Below are positions 37,408 through 52,139 of a stretch of 64,000 bases of DNA, in pieces (within the stretch, counting starts at the first letter, position 1; the number at the start of each line of letters is the position of its first letter). Source of the stretch: Eledone cirrhosa (taxonomy: Eukaryota); contig OZ024746.1 of NCBI GenBank assembly GCA_964016885.1, positions 91,450,001-91,514,000 on the forward strand. Reading direction: 5' to 3'. Under the pieces are notes generated by a model. It saw nothing but the letters and a program-made list of their open reading frames with translations, was not told the origin of the DNA and ran no database searches. The translations under genes were made by a program, and so were the position numbers.

Positions 37408-38690
37408 TATGTAATATTTGTTTCTACTTTTGGTACAAGGTCAGCAATTATCCCAGTGCATTACTGGTACTTTATTTTATCGACCCCGTAAGGATGAAAG
37501 TCAAAGTTAACCTCGGCGGGATTTATGTAATATTGTTTCTACTATAGGCCAGCAATTTTGGGTAAAGGGAAAGTCGATTAAATCGACCCCAGTACATTAC
37601 TGGTGCTTTATTTTATCGACCCTGTAACCCTGTAAGGATGAAAGGCAAATTTAACCTTGCTGGGATTTGAACATTGTATATAATATATAATGTGAAAATT
37701 AATATATATATATATAAGACTAAGACAATGCAAAGTGGATGGTAAGATGTAACGAAGAAGTTAGTTACCTGGTAACACCAACAACAACAAGATTACCAGA
37801 TAACTTTTTCATAACCTTCATCTTACTATCCATTTTGTTTATCCTTCTTACATATGTCACTTTCCAATGTCTAGGTCAGTTTTTCATTTTATCTAGAATT
37901 ATAGGCAGGGAATTGGCAGAGACATTAGAACATCAGATGGAATACTTTGCAATATTCGTTCTGGCTCTCTCTTCTCTGAGTTCAAATCCCACCAAGGTCA
38001 ACTTTATCTTACATCTATTCTTTCAAGGTCTCACTCTCCTTGTCTGGAAGAAATCAGCTGTTTTCAGATCTGGAGAGGGCTGCAATCATATCAAACATAT
38101 TGGAGAAGGTTGTTATGATACCAAACATATTGTTTATAGGGAATGTAAACAATGTTACCACGGTGTTATTTTCTTTCTAAACTGTCAATATGATGTTTAC
38201 AGCAGCCGGTATACTGAACCACACACACCTTACAATTTCCATATAGGGCATAATATTTACACATGTGTGTGTATGCTATATATAATAATAATTTTTACCT
38301 CTACTTTTGCACAAGGCCAGCAATTATCCCAGTGCTTTACTGTTGCTTTATTTTATTGACCCTGTAAGGATGAAAGGCAAAGCTGACTTCAGCTCAGCGA
38401 GATATGAACTCATAACGTAAAGGGCCAAAACTCTGTGCTGCAAAGCATGGTGTCTGACGCTGTACTGATACTGCCAATCCACTGCCCTTATAATAATAAT
38501 TGTTTCTACTTTAGGCACAAGGCCAGCAATAACCCAGTACATTACTGGTACTTTATTTTATCGACCCAGTAAGGATGAAAGGCAAAGTTAACATCGGCGG
38601 GATTTGAACTCAGACTGTAAAGGGACGTAACTATGCTAGAAAGCATGGCGTCCAACCCTCTACCGATACTGCCAATTCACCACCCTTATA
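37408..38690. mobile_element. Cluster of five Nin-like SINE copies (37419-37523 -, 37533-37671 -, 37903-38080 +, 38290-38487 -, 38498-38685 -)
   Basis: Consensus matches; TSD TATGTAATATT around the first. Confidence 0.82.
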
Positions 38691-38887
38691 ATAATAATAA
38701 TAATAATAAAGACGAGGTGTTAAATCTTCATTACATTTATGGAACACGTTTCACGATTGATCAGCTCAAGGTTCGATCTGTATCGATTATTATCTGCAGC
38801 GGCTACAACCCCATTATGTAATAGCCGTTACCCCACCCTCTCCCATACACCCTTGACCTAAAACCCTAAAACAATTCGCTCAATATA

Positions 38888-41463
38888 TATATATACTATT
38901 GTAACCCTTTACCACTACATTACTCTATATATACTATTGTAACCCTTTACCATTACATTACTCTATATATACTATTGTAACCCTTTACCATTACATTACT
39001 CTATATATACTATAGTAACCCTTTACCATTACATTACTCTATATATACTATAGTAACCCTTTACTATTACATTACTCTATATATACTATTGTAACCCTTT
39101 ACTATTACATTACTCTATATATACTATTGTAACCCTTTACTATTACATTACTCTATATATACTATTGTAACCCTTTACCATTACATTACTCTATATATAC
39201 TATAGTAACCCTTTACTATTACATTACTCTATATATACTATTGTAACCCTTTACTATTACATTACTCTATATATACTATAGTAACCCTTTACCATTACAT
39301 TACTCTATATATACTATAGTAACCCTTTACCACTACATTACTCTATATATTATACTATTGTAACCCTTTACCATTACATTACTCTATATATACTATAGTA
39401 AACCTTTACCACTACATTACTCTATATATACTATAGTAACCTTTTACTATTACATTACTCTATATATACTATAGTAAACCTTTACCATTACATTACTCTA
39501 TATATACTATAGTAACCCTTTACTATTACATTACTCTATATATACTATAGTAACCCTTTACTATTACATTACTCTATATATACTATAGTAAACCTTTACT
39601 ATTACATTACACTATATATACTAGAGTAACCCTTTACTATTACATTACTCTACATATACTATAGTAACCCTTTACTATTACATTACTCTATATATACTAT
39701 AGTAACCCTTTACTATTACATTACTCTATATATACTATAGTAACCCTTTACTATTATATTACTCTATATATACTATAGTAACCCTTTACTATTACATTAC
39801 TCTATATATACTATAGTAACCCTTTACTATTACATTACTCTATATATACTATAGTAACCCTTTACTATTACATTACTCTATATATACTATAGTAACCCTT
39901 TACTATTACATTACTCTATATATACTATAGTAACCCTTTACTATTACATTACTCTATATATACTATAGTAAACCTTTACCACTACATTACTCTATATATA
40001 CTATAGTAACCCTTTACTATTACATTACTCTATATATACTATAGTAAACCTTTACCATTACATTACTCTATATATACTATAGTAACCCTTTACCATTACA
40101 TTACTCTATATATACTATAGTAAACCTTTTACCATTACATTACTCTATATATACTATTGTAACCCTTTACCATTACATTACTCTATATATACTATAGTAA
40201 CCCTTTACCATTACATTACTCTATATATACTATCGTAACCCTTTACTATTACATTACTCTATATATACTATAGTAACCCTTTACTATTACATTACTCTAT
40301 ATATACTATAGTAACCCTTTACCATTACATTACTCTATATATACTATAGTAACCCTTTACTATTACATTACTCTATATATACTATATTAACCCGTTACTA
40401 TTACATTACTCTATATATACTATTGTAACCCTTTACTATTACATTACTCTATATATACTATATTAACCCGTTACTATTACATTACTCTATATATACTATA
40501 GTAACCCTTTACTATTACATTACTCTATATATACTATATTAACCCGTTACTATTACATTACTCTATATATACTATAGTAACCCTTTACTATTACATTACC
40601 CTATATATAATATAGTAACCCTTTACTATTACATTACTCTATATATACTATAGTAACCCTTTACCATTACATTACTCTATATATACTATAGTAACCCGTT
40701 ACTATTACATTACTCTATATATACTATATTAACCCTTTACTATTACATTACTCTATATATACTATAGTAACCCTTTACTATTACATTACTCTATATATAC
40801 TATAGTAACCCTTTACTATTACATTACTCTATATATACTATAGTAACCCTTTACCATTACATTACTCTATATATACTATATTAACCCTTTACTATTACAT
40901 TACTCTATATATACTATAGTAACCCTTTACTATTACATTACTCTATATATACTATAGTAACCCTTTACCATTACATTACTCTATATATACTATAGTAACC
41001 CTTTACCATTACATTACTCTATATATACTATTGTAACCCTTTACTATTACATTACTCTATATATACTATCGTAACCCTTTACTATTACATTACTCTATAT
41101 ATACTATAGTAACCCTTTACCATTACATTACTCTATATATACTATAGTAACCCTTTACTATTACATTACCCTATATATACTATAGTAACCCTTTACTATT
41201 ACATTACTCTATATATACTATATTAACCCGTTACTATTACATTACTCTATATATACTATAGTAACCCTTTACCATTACATTACTCTATATATACTATAGT
41301 AACCCTTTACTATTACATTACTCTATATATACTATAGTAACCCTTTACTATTACATTACTCTATATATACTATCGTAACCCTTTACTATTACATTACTCT
41401 ATATATACTATTGTAACCCGTTACTATTACATTACTCTATATATACTATTGTAACCCTTTACC
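38888..41463. repeat. 38-bp satellite TAACCCTTTAC(C/T)ATTACATTACTCTATATATACTA(T/A)G-type unit, ~68 copies, derived from the MITE A left end
   Basis: Monomer matches the first ~40 bp of 29143; array runs directly into the rest of the MITE. Confidence 0.92.
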
Positions 41464-41629
41464 GTAAAAGCTTTATTTCACGTAATATCGAATCTATGTG
41501 ATTTTGATGTTATTTATTTTGAGAACAATATCTTAACACCAGTATGAGTAGCTGATTACAGCCGGTTTGAACAGAAAGGGGTAAGAGAATCCTGGCCACA
41601 TATGGCTGGTTGAAATGCTATAGGGTTAA
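41464..41629 (+). mobile_element. Remainder of MITE A following the satellite
   Basis: GTAAAAGCTTTATTTCAC...GCTATAGGG-TTAA. Confidence 0.85.
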
Positions 41630-41782
41630 AGTGATTTTGAGGATGCCTGCTATACCTAGCAGATGTATCATCCATGTTGTTGGCTGGTTGTGTCTCGGTA
41701 TTTAATATAGGTACAACATTTCACTCCAGGTTCTGTAACTATGTATGTCTTGTTGACCAGGGTACACATGGTTGCACTATAT

Positions 41783-42025
41783 GTAGTAGTAGTAGTAGTA
41801 GTGGTGGTAGTAGTGGTGGTAGTAATAGTGGTGGTAGTAGTAGCAGCAGCAGCAGCAGTGGTGGTGGTAGTAGTAGTAACATCAGTAGTAGTAGTAGTAG
41901 TGGTAGTAGTAGTAGCAGCAGCAGCAGCAGCAGTGGTGGTGGTAGTAGTAGTAACATCAGTAGTAGCAGTAGTAGTAGTAGAAGCAGCAGCAGCACAGCA
42001 GCAGTAGTAGTAGCAGTAGTACTAG
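41783..42025. repeat. (AGT/GGT/AGC)n trinucleotide tract
   Basis: Seen directly. Confidence 0.92.
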
Positions 42026-43051
42026 TATCTTTGTTATTTTAATATTAGTATTAGTTGTCTATCAATATTATCTTTAGAAACCATTATTTTTGTGGTAATG
42101 CTGGTAGAATTAATATGATTAATGGTGGTAATAATGGTTTGTTGTTTTAGTATTATTAGTATTGTTATATTGCTAGTAATCTTACAACTTTCCACAAAAT
42201 ACCTTGCACTATTTACTTACAAGCGTTTACCTTCTTCTTCTTCCCACTTTTATCTCTAAGGATAATTTACCCAATTTTCTCAACTATTATCTATTGTGAT
42301 CGACTGTAATTACAGTTATTTTGTACATTTGGGACTCTCACATATTCCAATGTGTGTTTATTATGTTCAGAACAAGTATTGTTTTGAAATTATTTCTAAG
42401 TTATTAACCTATCATTTAGAATATATATTTACATTCACTCTGCATCAGGGGACCTTATATCAAACGGAATTTAGACTAACAATACATCAATAGGACAACT
42501 TATAAAAATTGGATGTTAACCCTAAATATGAATATACACTTATAGAATGATAGGCTTAACAATTTAGCAAATTATTTTATTAAGAATAACTACTAATCTA
42601 AGACATTTCAATATTTTTAACCATATATAGTCTTTCTGTCAACCAAATTCTTTCACAATACAGCAAGAATATTGAAGTGACAGCACCGTTTTACAGATTC
42701 TTAAGGTCTTGTCAGAGTTTGTTTAATCTGTCGTGACACCAAGAAGAAAAAGCTTAGAGTCATATAGAAAATATCTTAATTCACAAAGGATGAATAAATT
42801 TTCATATTAGCATTAGTTTCACAACCATTAAAGAATTATTGATGTACCAAAATGAAAATTAACTCAATCCTGTGTGAATTAAGACACATTTTCAATATGG
42901 CTGGAAGCAGTTTGATTCCTCTGTCATGGGATCTTTGCTTCTTCAGTTTAATTCCACAACAACACTGTGTATGTTTTTGATCATGTAAATATAGTTTGGG
43001 AATATCAATTTTTAAAATTGTTCATTACTCTGTTGGCATAATATATCAAAT

Positions 43052-44130
43052 AATTGTTTCTGGTTTTGGCACAAGGCCAGCAATTACCCCAGTGTATTAC
43101 TGGTACTTTATTTTATCGACCCCGTAAGGATGAAAGGCAAAGTTAACCTCGGCGGGATTTGAACTCAGAATGGCAAGGGCTGTAACTCTATGCGTCAAAG
43201 CATGATAATAATAATGATACCTTATATTGGTAAAAGACTATCAGTTTTGAAAGGAGGAAGAAGTGTCAATGGAAATGGTTCCAGTATATATTTGGTACGA
43301 GGTATGAAAGATAATCTTCTGTAAGATTTGAACTCAGAACATAAAGGGCCATAACTCTATGCTGCAAAGTATGGCGTCCAATGCATTATTATCATTATTA
43401 TTTTGTTTTCAATGCTTTATATAGATATTTTGTTGGAATTAATTCTACCTCACCTCCATTGAGTTTTGTAATTTATTCCTGGGAAGTCCCTTTCATCTGA
43501 AGAATCATTATTATTAGGGTTACGTCCCTTTATGGTCTGAGTTCGAATCCCACGAAGGTTAACTTTGCCTTTCATCCTTACAGGGTTGATAAAATAAAGT
43601 ACCAGTAATACACTGGGATAATTGCTGGCCTTGTGCCAAAACTAGAAACAATTATTTGGGTGATGGATTGGCAGAATTGGTAGAGCATTGGACAACTTGC
43701 TTTGTGGCATATAGTTACAGCCCTTTATGTTCTGATTTGCCTTTCATCCTTACGGGGCCAATAAAATAAAGAACCAGTAATGCACTGGGGTAATTTCTTA
43801 CCTTGTGCCAAAAGTAGAAATAATAATAATAATTATTATTATTGGTTAACTTTGCCTTTCATCCTTACGGGGTCGATAAAATAAAGTACCAGTAATGTAC
43901 TGGGTAATTGCTGGCCTTGTGCCAAATGTAAAAACAATTATTATTATTGGTGGAGCACCATACTACATGCTTTGCAGCATATAGTTTACAACCCTTTACA
44001 TTCTCAGTTCTAATCTCACTGGGGGCTGATAAAACACAGTTACCAGTGATGCACTGGAATTGATTGGGTCGACTGTTCCCCCCCCCCCCTCAAATTACTG
44101 GCTTTGTGTCAGTCAAAAGCAGAAAGAATT
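43052..44130. mobile_element. Dense cluster of ~6 Nin-like SINE pieces in both orientations
   Basis: Minus copies 43052-43203 and ~43240-43385; plus copies 43518-43653, 43658-43820, 43845-43935, ~43950-44130. Confidence 0.82.
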
Positions 44131-44468
44131 GTTATTGGTGATATTTTCAACTTAATGGTAGCTGAGATTTTGTTGCAACATTGACAAGCTTTCATGTTGC
44201 ACTCCCTCTGCTATTGCTGCGATGTTAGAACAACAAAATATTATATTAAGTTACAGAAACACGGTGAAGGTGAAATTAGCAGTCTGTCTCTATTGCAGTA
44301 GTGAACTGTTCAATATGTGAACAGATGTCTTTTGTCACCTACAACATCATACTAATCAATACAAATATTGCCTCTCTGCTTTTACTTTTTCTAGTTTTTC
44401 TGCTCTTCTCAAAGGCATGTACAGACAGACAGACACACACCATATAAACAAATATACCTATGTATGTG

Positions 44469-44537
<69 letters not shown>

Positions 44538-45113
44538 TCATACATATATATATATATATATATAATAAATGAAAAATCAAAGTGGTATGTATACATACAT
44601 ATATACATACACATATCTCTCTCTTTATATATATATATATACACACATTTATGTATATATTGATATATATACGCCAACATACAAATTATGTGTATATATA
44701 TATATTTCATCCCACTGACTTTTGATTTATGATATATGTATGTGTGTGGATGATGATAATATATATATATATATATCATCAATGTTTAATGTCCATCTTC
44801 CATGCCATGAGTATATATCTTCCATGCCATGAGTATATATCTTCCATGCCATGAGAATATATGCCATGAGTATATAAATCAAAACTAAGTGGTCGATCTC
44901 ATTGCATATGAAGCCATTTTGGACATCTGAAAATCTCGGTAAAGAACCTACTTTCATGTTTCATGTTTCACACAAGATTTTACGAATTCCTGTTTTCCAT
45001 TAAAGAGTTGTTCTCCAAGGTGACTGATCTAAGGCAATGTGTTCCCAGTTATTTCCTCTGATTTTTTTTACTTTATCAAAGCTCTTTTAATGCAGTTTTT
45101 AGACTTGAGTTTT

Positions 45114-45164
<51 letters not shown>

Positions 45165-45405
45165 AGTATTATTCAATTTCTGTTAGTGTAATCAATTAAT
45201 TTGATTGTTCAACAAGAATGAAAGACCACTTACAGTAGGGTTTTACTCAAAGTACAAATTATTCCAATTGGCAAATCCTGTGGTAGTTATATAGGTTCCA
45301 AGTGTAACAATTTGCAGAGTGTAGCTAGAAAATTACAAATTATTATTTAAAAACACCATAATCCAGATGAGTGGGAATAGCTTTTTTTGTGTAACAGTTA
45401 CAAAT

Positions 45406-45437
<32 letters not shown>

Positions 45438-45455
45438 TGTATGTATGTATGTATA

Positions 45456-45880
45456 TGAGGGGAAAGTTGCCTTTGAGGCATCTCGAATCACATACGAGAA
45501 AGTAAAAAGGGATGTGAGGAAGGGCATTGCTGTTGCATTTCCAGACAGCAAAGGTCCGCCTATGACGCTAACATGCAGCATCTGTGCGAGACTTTGCCTA
45601 AGCAAAGCTGGACTGGAAAGTCATCTTCGCAGTCATAAAGTGAGACCAGTGGTTGACTACCAGGCTGCTGTTGGAGATGTTACTCATCATGCTTGCCAAG
45701 CATGTGGTAGAGAATGTAAATCAGCAGGAGGGCTCAAACGACATGCAAAAGTACATGAACTCCAACCACAGCCGGTTATTCCCAGTGAATGTTTTGGTTG
45801 CCGACTCTGTGCAAGACATTTTGATCATTGGCTGATATAAAAAGCCACATTCGATCGCAGCGCTGTTAATTGCTATCGCG
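45456..45880 (+). mobile_element. RTE LINE C2H2 3' end, cut before its terminal tail
   Basis: EGKVAFEASRITYEKVKRDVRKG followed by C2H2 fingers; matches 22308-22680. Confidence 0.78.
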
Positions 45881-45881
45881 T

Positions 45882-47835
45882 AAAATAATATGTGGCTTCT
45901 CTTAATAAATGAATTGGTGTCTCTCATAAAGGAGAACATATGTGTTATGATTGGAGGGACTGTTTTCCAATCAAACTAGATTTCTTTATATTCACACACA
46001 CACACACACACATATATACTAACACACATATATATATATATATACACACATATATATATATATATACACACACACATATATATACACAGACACATACACA
46101 TACACACAGCGTGGAAGAATAGACATATGATGATATAACACACACACACACATATATATATATACACACACACACATATAAATGTGTGTGTATATATATA
46201 TATATGTCTGTGTGTGTGTATGAAATATGCTAGCCTCCTATTTTTCTTTATGGACTCCGCTAGTTTCTGTTGATCCTATCTAATCATATCGTCATTAGTA
46301 AACACATTGCTACCAAAATCTCTCCAACTCTATTGAAAACAAATGAGTCATTCAAAGCAAAGGAGCCATGCTCAACCTGCTAGAAATGGTTACCTGACTT
46401 CCCTCAAATCACATGTTCTTCTATCATGAAAAAATAACAAAACAAGAAAATGATACAACAAATTGGATATTGTAATCTGGATTAAAAAAAAAAAAGAGAA
46501 AATTAAATAAGTTGGTCACAGCTAGCAGACATTCCATGATCAATCTGTCCAATTAGGGATGACCATGGGCTAAATAATAGGCTCTACAAGAAGTGAAACT
46601 AAATAAAAACATGGACAGCAATTACAATAATTAGCGGAACGTATCCAAAGATAGACCAATACAGATTGACTTAGAGAATTAGGTTGAGTTAGATTAACCC
46701 TTTACATTATATTTTCATGGTAAAGGCTTTACCTCACATAATACTGAATCTATGAGATTTTGATATTATTTATTTTGAGAACAATACCTTAACATAAGTA
46801 TGTGTGACCAGTTACAGCTAGTTTTGAACAGAAATAAGTGAGAGAATTCTGGCCAGATACAGCTGGTTTAAATACTAAAGGGTTAAGACTTTTGTTATCC
46901 AACTACTTGAAACTACTGGTTCTCTGGCTTAAGGATGTTTATTTTAATATGTTTATATTTACCAAAACATTTTCCTTAAAAGTTTCTTGAGTTATGTTCC
47001 AAATACCAGCTTAAACCTTTAGCATTTAAATCAACCATATTCGGTCAGAATTCTCTCACTTCTTTCTTTTCAAACCGGCTGGAACCGGCTTCTCGTACGT
47101 ATGTTAAGGTATTGTTCTCAAAATAAATATCATCAAACTCTCATAGATTCAATATTATGTGAGATAAAGTATTTACCATGAAAATACAATAATAAATGTA
47201 GAGTAACGTAAATGCTAAGGGGTTAAGTTATGTTCCAAACACCTGCTTAATGCGGAACAATCTGCAATGATTCAGTAAAAAATAATTTTTAAAAACCATC
47301 TAGTTAGTATAAATATTTGTAGTATCTTGACTCTGAGACAAATAGTGGTGAAAGTTGGCAGAAATACTCTAACTTTGAACGTTGTGCAACCAGAGTGTGG
47401 TTTTAAATTCAAGAATGTCTTAGTAATGAGATTTAATGTGCTACCTGATGTTAAGAGTTAATAATAAGAAATATAGTTATAATATTAAATAACTCCCGAA
47501 AATCCTTCAATATTTTCAAAATGATTCAAAAATCCTCTATAATGTTTTTCATTGGGAATATAATAATGAAAGTAATGAATATAAAAGCAAAACATGAGGA
47601 AAATGATATAGAATTTGAGAGGTTCTTCAGAAATATATCTAAAGACCTGTTGAAACTATGACAACACCAGATAAGAGATAATACATACTGAATGTGGTGA
47701 TATGAGAAACAATGAAGAATTTATATGAAACTACAATCCTACAGGCTGTTTGAACTGAATGGTAGTTGAGGAACATTTCATAAATTATTCCAACACAAAT
47801 CAAAATAAACAAGTATTTCAATACTAATGATAGGA
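45882..47835 (+). repeat. Left arm of a ~2-kb inverted duplication (contains MITE A copies 46694-46886 and 47011-47226)
   Basis: Reverse complement of 49991-52107 with scattered SNPs/indels. Confidence 0.95.
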
Positions 47836-47864
47836 GATTTTCTCCAAAGTGTAGATATGCATGA

Positions 47865-48346
47865 GTGTGTATGTCAGTTTGTATTGATACATGTATGTGT
47901 GTATGTCAGTTTGTATTGATAAGTGTATGTGTGTATGTCAGTTTGTATTGATATGTGTATGTCAGTTTGTATTGATACGTGTATGTGTGTATGTCAGTTT
48001 GTATTGATAAGTGTATGTGTGTATGTCAGTTTGTATTGATAAGTGTATGTGTGTATGTCAGTTTGTATTGATACGTGTATGTGTGTATGTCAGTTTGTAT
48101 TGATATGTGTATGTGTGTATGTCAGTTTGTATTGATACATGTATGAGTGTATGTCAATTTGTATTGATAAGTGTATGTGTGTATGTCAGTTTGTAATGAT
48201 ACGTGTATGAGTGTATGTCAGTTTGTATTGATACATGTATGTGTGTATGTCAGTTTGTATTGATACGTGTATGAGTGTATGTCAGTTTGTATTGATACAT
48301 GTATGTGTGTATGTCAGTTTGTATTGATACATGTATGTGTGTATGT
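47865..48346. repeat. ~32-bp minisatellite GTGTATGTCAGTTTGTATTGATACGTGTATGT, ~15 copies
   Basis: Seen directly. Confidence 0.92.
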
Positions 48347-48890
48347 CGCTTTGATTTGGTTTTCTCAAATATTTCTATAATCTAGAAACAAGATTCTTTC
48401 ACTGGAATTCTATGTAGGAATATATATCCTCTCCTATATATATATATATGCGTGTGTGTGTGTGTGTGTGTACACGTCTGTGTGTGTGTATATATATTCA
48501 TATACAAATACACAAATATGTGGGTGTGTATATATATATATGTGTGTATGTGTGAGTATGTATACATCTATGTATCTATGTATGTATTTTAGGTCAAGTC
48601 ACTCAAGTGTAAGCAGAACTGTGTGGTAAGTAGGTTCACTTTCCCACCGCATAATTTCAGGTTTGGTCCCATGGTGTGATAACACTATCTAGCAAGAACA
48701 TTCTAGAAAAGCCTTCAGCTAACCAATGGCTTATGAATGAAATGTGATTAGCTGATACTGTGTGGAAGCTGTGCACTTGTGCGTGCACATGCATGCATTT
48801 ATCTCCACATGTTTTCAAGCTTTAAAACAAATGAGTGTTATTTGTTTCTATCACAGCAGTTCAATGAATGAAGGTCAGTGGAATAAGTGG

Positions 48891-49265
48891 CTTCTTCTTC
48901 TTCTTCACCCACTTATTCTTGAGAGGGTTATGAAGGCAGAGTCCTTAAACACTCCTTCCAGCAGGTCCTATCAGAAGCAACCATCTCCAACTGATCTGGA
49001 TGGATCCCCATCTAAGACCAGCCAAGCTCATGGATGTTACCCAACCATCTTGCTCGGGGTCTATCCCTGGGTCTCCTGCCGGCTGGTTTTGCCAGTAAAA
49101 TCTGTCCAGTGATTCTTTCCTGAGACATTCTAACCCCATGTCTGTAGTATTGGATCTGTGATCTCTCAATGTGGAGAAGTAATGGTTCTACTTCGAGTGA
49201 TTCTCTGATCTCTAAGCTACGCACTTTATCAAGTAACGTTATTCCAAAGGCCTTTCAGAGCTATC
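48891..49265 (-). mobile_element. RTE LINE 3' fragment with (AAG)n tail
   Basis: RSLEIRESLEVEPLLLHIERSQIQYYRHGVRMSQER..GRRPRDRPRARW is the typical RTE post-RT C-terminal motif. Confidence 0.8.
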
Positions 49266-49372
49266 CCACTCGGCATGCTTATAAAAATGAAAAAGAGTTG
49301 TCATATATACATGAATTTGGTGATAAACTTATAAGGTTTTGTGTTAATTTTGATATTCTTGAACTAGGTATA

Positions 49373-49445
49373 TGTGTGTGTGTGTGTGTTTTTTTCTTTT
49401 CTTTCTCGTGCAATGGCCATACTCGATAATGAGGGGGCAGCCATC

Positions 49446-49447
<2 letters not shown>
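49373..49447 (+). mobile_element. Displaced 3' tail of the C2H2-RTE family
   Basis: (GT)n, T-rich linker, TTCTCGTGCAATGGCCATACTCGATAATGAGGGGGCAGCCATCAT, as at 22801-22845. Confidence 0.85.
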
Positions 49448-49494
<47 letters not shown>

Positions 49495-49497
<3 letters not shown>

Positions 49498-49945
49498 TCA
49501 TCACCGTTTTACGTCCGTTCTTCCACGCTAGCATGGGTTAGACGGGTTGTCCTGTTGTGGGCAGTGTCTGGTCGGCTGACCATGCCTTGCTCATACAGGA
49601 ACTGATCTGGCTTGATTTCTACAGCTGGATGCCCTTCCTAACACCAACCTCATTTACAGTGAGTGCTGGGTGCTTTTTCGTGGCGCCTACACGTCCACTT
49701 TACAGTGTGGGCTGGGTGCTTTTTTGCCGTGGCACCTCCACGTCCACCTTGCGGTGGGGGGGGGGCATATTGTTTATATGCTTCAGCATGTACCCATGGG
49801 AGGTCAGGTACCCTGTATTACTGCGTGACGCCAGAAGTCACGGTCGTGTGTCATTGACTTTGAGAGGTGTAGTTGGGTAAGGTCGGCTTTTATCACCTCA
49901 TCCCAAGTCATCTTGGGTCTCCCCACTCCGCGGTTTCCATCAACC

Positions 49946-49946
<1 letters not shown>
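49495..49946 (-). mobile_element. RTE LINE 3' end (ORF C-terminus plus UTR with Meta-like motif)
   Basis: Minus-strand translation VDGNRGVGRPKMTWDEVIKADLTQLHLSKSMTHDRDFWRHAVIQ. Confidence 0.85.
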
Positions 49947-49980
<34 letters not shown>

Positions 49981-49990
49981 TATACGTAGT

Positions 49991-51627
49991 TCCTATCATT
50001 AGTATTGAAATACTTGTTTATTTTGATTTGTGTTGGAATAATTTATGAAATGTTCCTCAACTACCATTCAGTTCAAACAGCCTGTAGGATTGTAGTTTCA
50101 TATAAATTCTTCATTGTTTCTCATATCACCACATTCAGTATGTATTATCTCTTATCTGGTGTTGTCATAGTTTCAACAGGTTTTTAGATATATTTCTGAA
50201 GAACCTCTCAAATTCTATATCATTTTCCTCGTGTTTTGCTTTTATATTCATTACTTTCATTATTATATTCCCAATGAAAAATATTATAGAGGATTTTTGA
50301 ATCATTTTGAAAATATTGAAGGATTTTCGGGAGATATTTAATATTATAACTATATTTCTTATTAACTCTTAACATCAGGTAGCACATTAAATCTCATTAC
50401 TAAGACATTCTTGAATTTAAAACCACACTCTGGTTGCACAACGTTCAAAGTTAGAGTATTTCTGCCAACTTTCACCACTATTTGTCTCAGAGTCAAGATA
50501 CTACAAATATTTATTCTAACTAGCTGGGTTTTTTTAAATTATTTTTTACTGAATCATTGCAGATTGTTCTGCATTAAGCAGGTGTTTGGAACATAACTTA
50601 ACCCCTTAGCATTTATGTTACTATATATTTATTATTGTATTTTCATGGTAAATACTTTATCTCACATAATATTGAATCTATGAGAGTTTGATGATATTTA
50701 TTTTGAGAACAATACCTTATCATACGTATGAGCAGTCGGTTCCAGCCGGTTTGAAAAGAAAGAAGTGAGAGAATTCTGACTGAGTATGGTTGGTTTAAAT
50801 GCTAAGGGGTTAAGCTGGTATTTGGAACATAACTCAAGAAAGGTTTTAACTTTTAAGGAAAATGTTTTGGTAAATATAAACATATTAAAATAAACATCCT
50901 TAAGCCAGAGAACCAGTAGTTTCAAGTAGTTGGATAACAAAAGTCTTAACCCTTTAGTATTTAAACCAGCTGTATCTGGCCAGAATTCTCTCACTTATTT
51001 CTGTTCAAAACTAGCTGTAACTGGTCACACATACTTATGTTAAGGTATTGTTCTCAAAATAAATAATATCAAAATCTCATAGATTCAGTATTATGTGAGG
51101 TAAAGCCTTTACCATGAAAATATAATGTAAAGGGTTAATCTAACTCAACCTAATTCTCTAAGTCAATCTGTATTGGTCTATCTTTGGATACGTTCCGCTA
51201 ATTATTGTAATTGCTGTCCATGTTTTTATTTAGTTTCACTTCTTGTAGAGCCTATTATTTAGCCCATGGTCATCCCTAATTGGACAGATTGATCATGGAA
51301 TGTCTGCTAGCTGTGACCAACTTATTTAATTTTCTCTTTTTTTTTTTAATCCAGATTACAGTATCCAATTTGTTGTATCATTTTCTTGTTTTGTTATTTT
51401 TTCATGATAGAAGAACATGTGATTTGAGGGAAGTCAGGTAACCATTTCTAGCAGGTTGAGCATGGCTCCTTTGCTTTGAATGACTCATTTGTTTTCAATA
51501 GAGTTGGAGAGATTTTGGTAGCAATGTGTTTACTAATGACGATATGATTAGATAGGATCAACAGAAACTAGCGGAGTCCATAAAGAAAAATAGGAGGCTA
51601 GCATATTTCATACACACACACAGACAT

Positions 51628-51703
<76 letters not shown>

Positions 51704-52107
51704 TATATATCATCATCATCATTATTTTATGTCCATTCTTCCACACTGTGTGTATGTGTCTGTATATATGTGTGTGTATATATATGTGTGTGTGTGTATA
51801 TATATATGTGTGTGTGTATGTATATATATATATGTGTGTGTGTATATATATGTGTGTGTGTATGTATATATGTGTGTGTGTATGTATATATATATATGTG
51901 TGTGTGTATATATATGTGTGTGTGTATATATATGTGTGTGTGTATGTATATATATATATGTGTGTGTGTATGTATATATATATATGTGTGTGTGTGGTTA
52001 TAAAGAAATCTAGTTTGATTGGAAAACAGTCCCTCCAATCATAACACATATGTTCTCCTTTATGAGAGACACCAATTCATTTATTAAGAGAAGCCACATA
52101 TTATTTT
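49991..52107 (-). repeat. Right arm of the inverted duplication
   Basis: Reverse complement of 45882-47835; longer microsatellite section. Confidence 0.95.
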
Positions 52108-52139
52108 GGCTTTGATCTTTACTTGAAAAACACCAACAA

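Noticed and set aside
37739-38359. 206-aa ORF
   Set aside because: Runs through SINE fragments; no recognisable domain
44277-44338. Possible terminal exon VTKDICSHIEQFTTAIETDC* on the minus strand
   Set aside because: Weak acceptor, short, no supporting context
45367-45840. Host C2H2 zinc-finger gene
   Set aside because: Starts in a microsatellite, is multi-copy and frameshifted, and is associated with a retroelement tail
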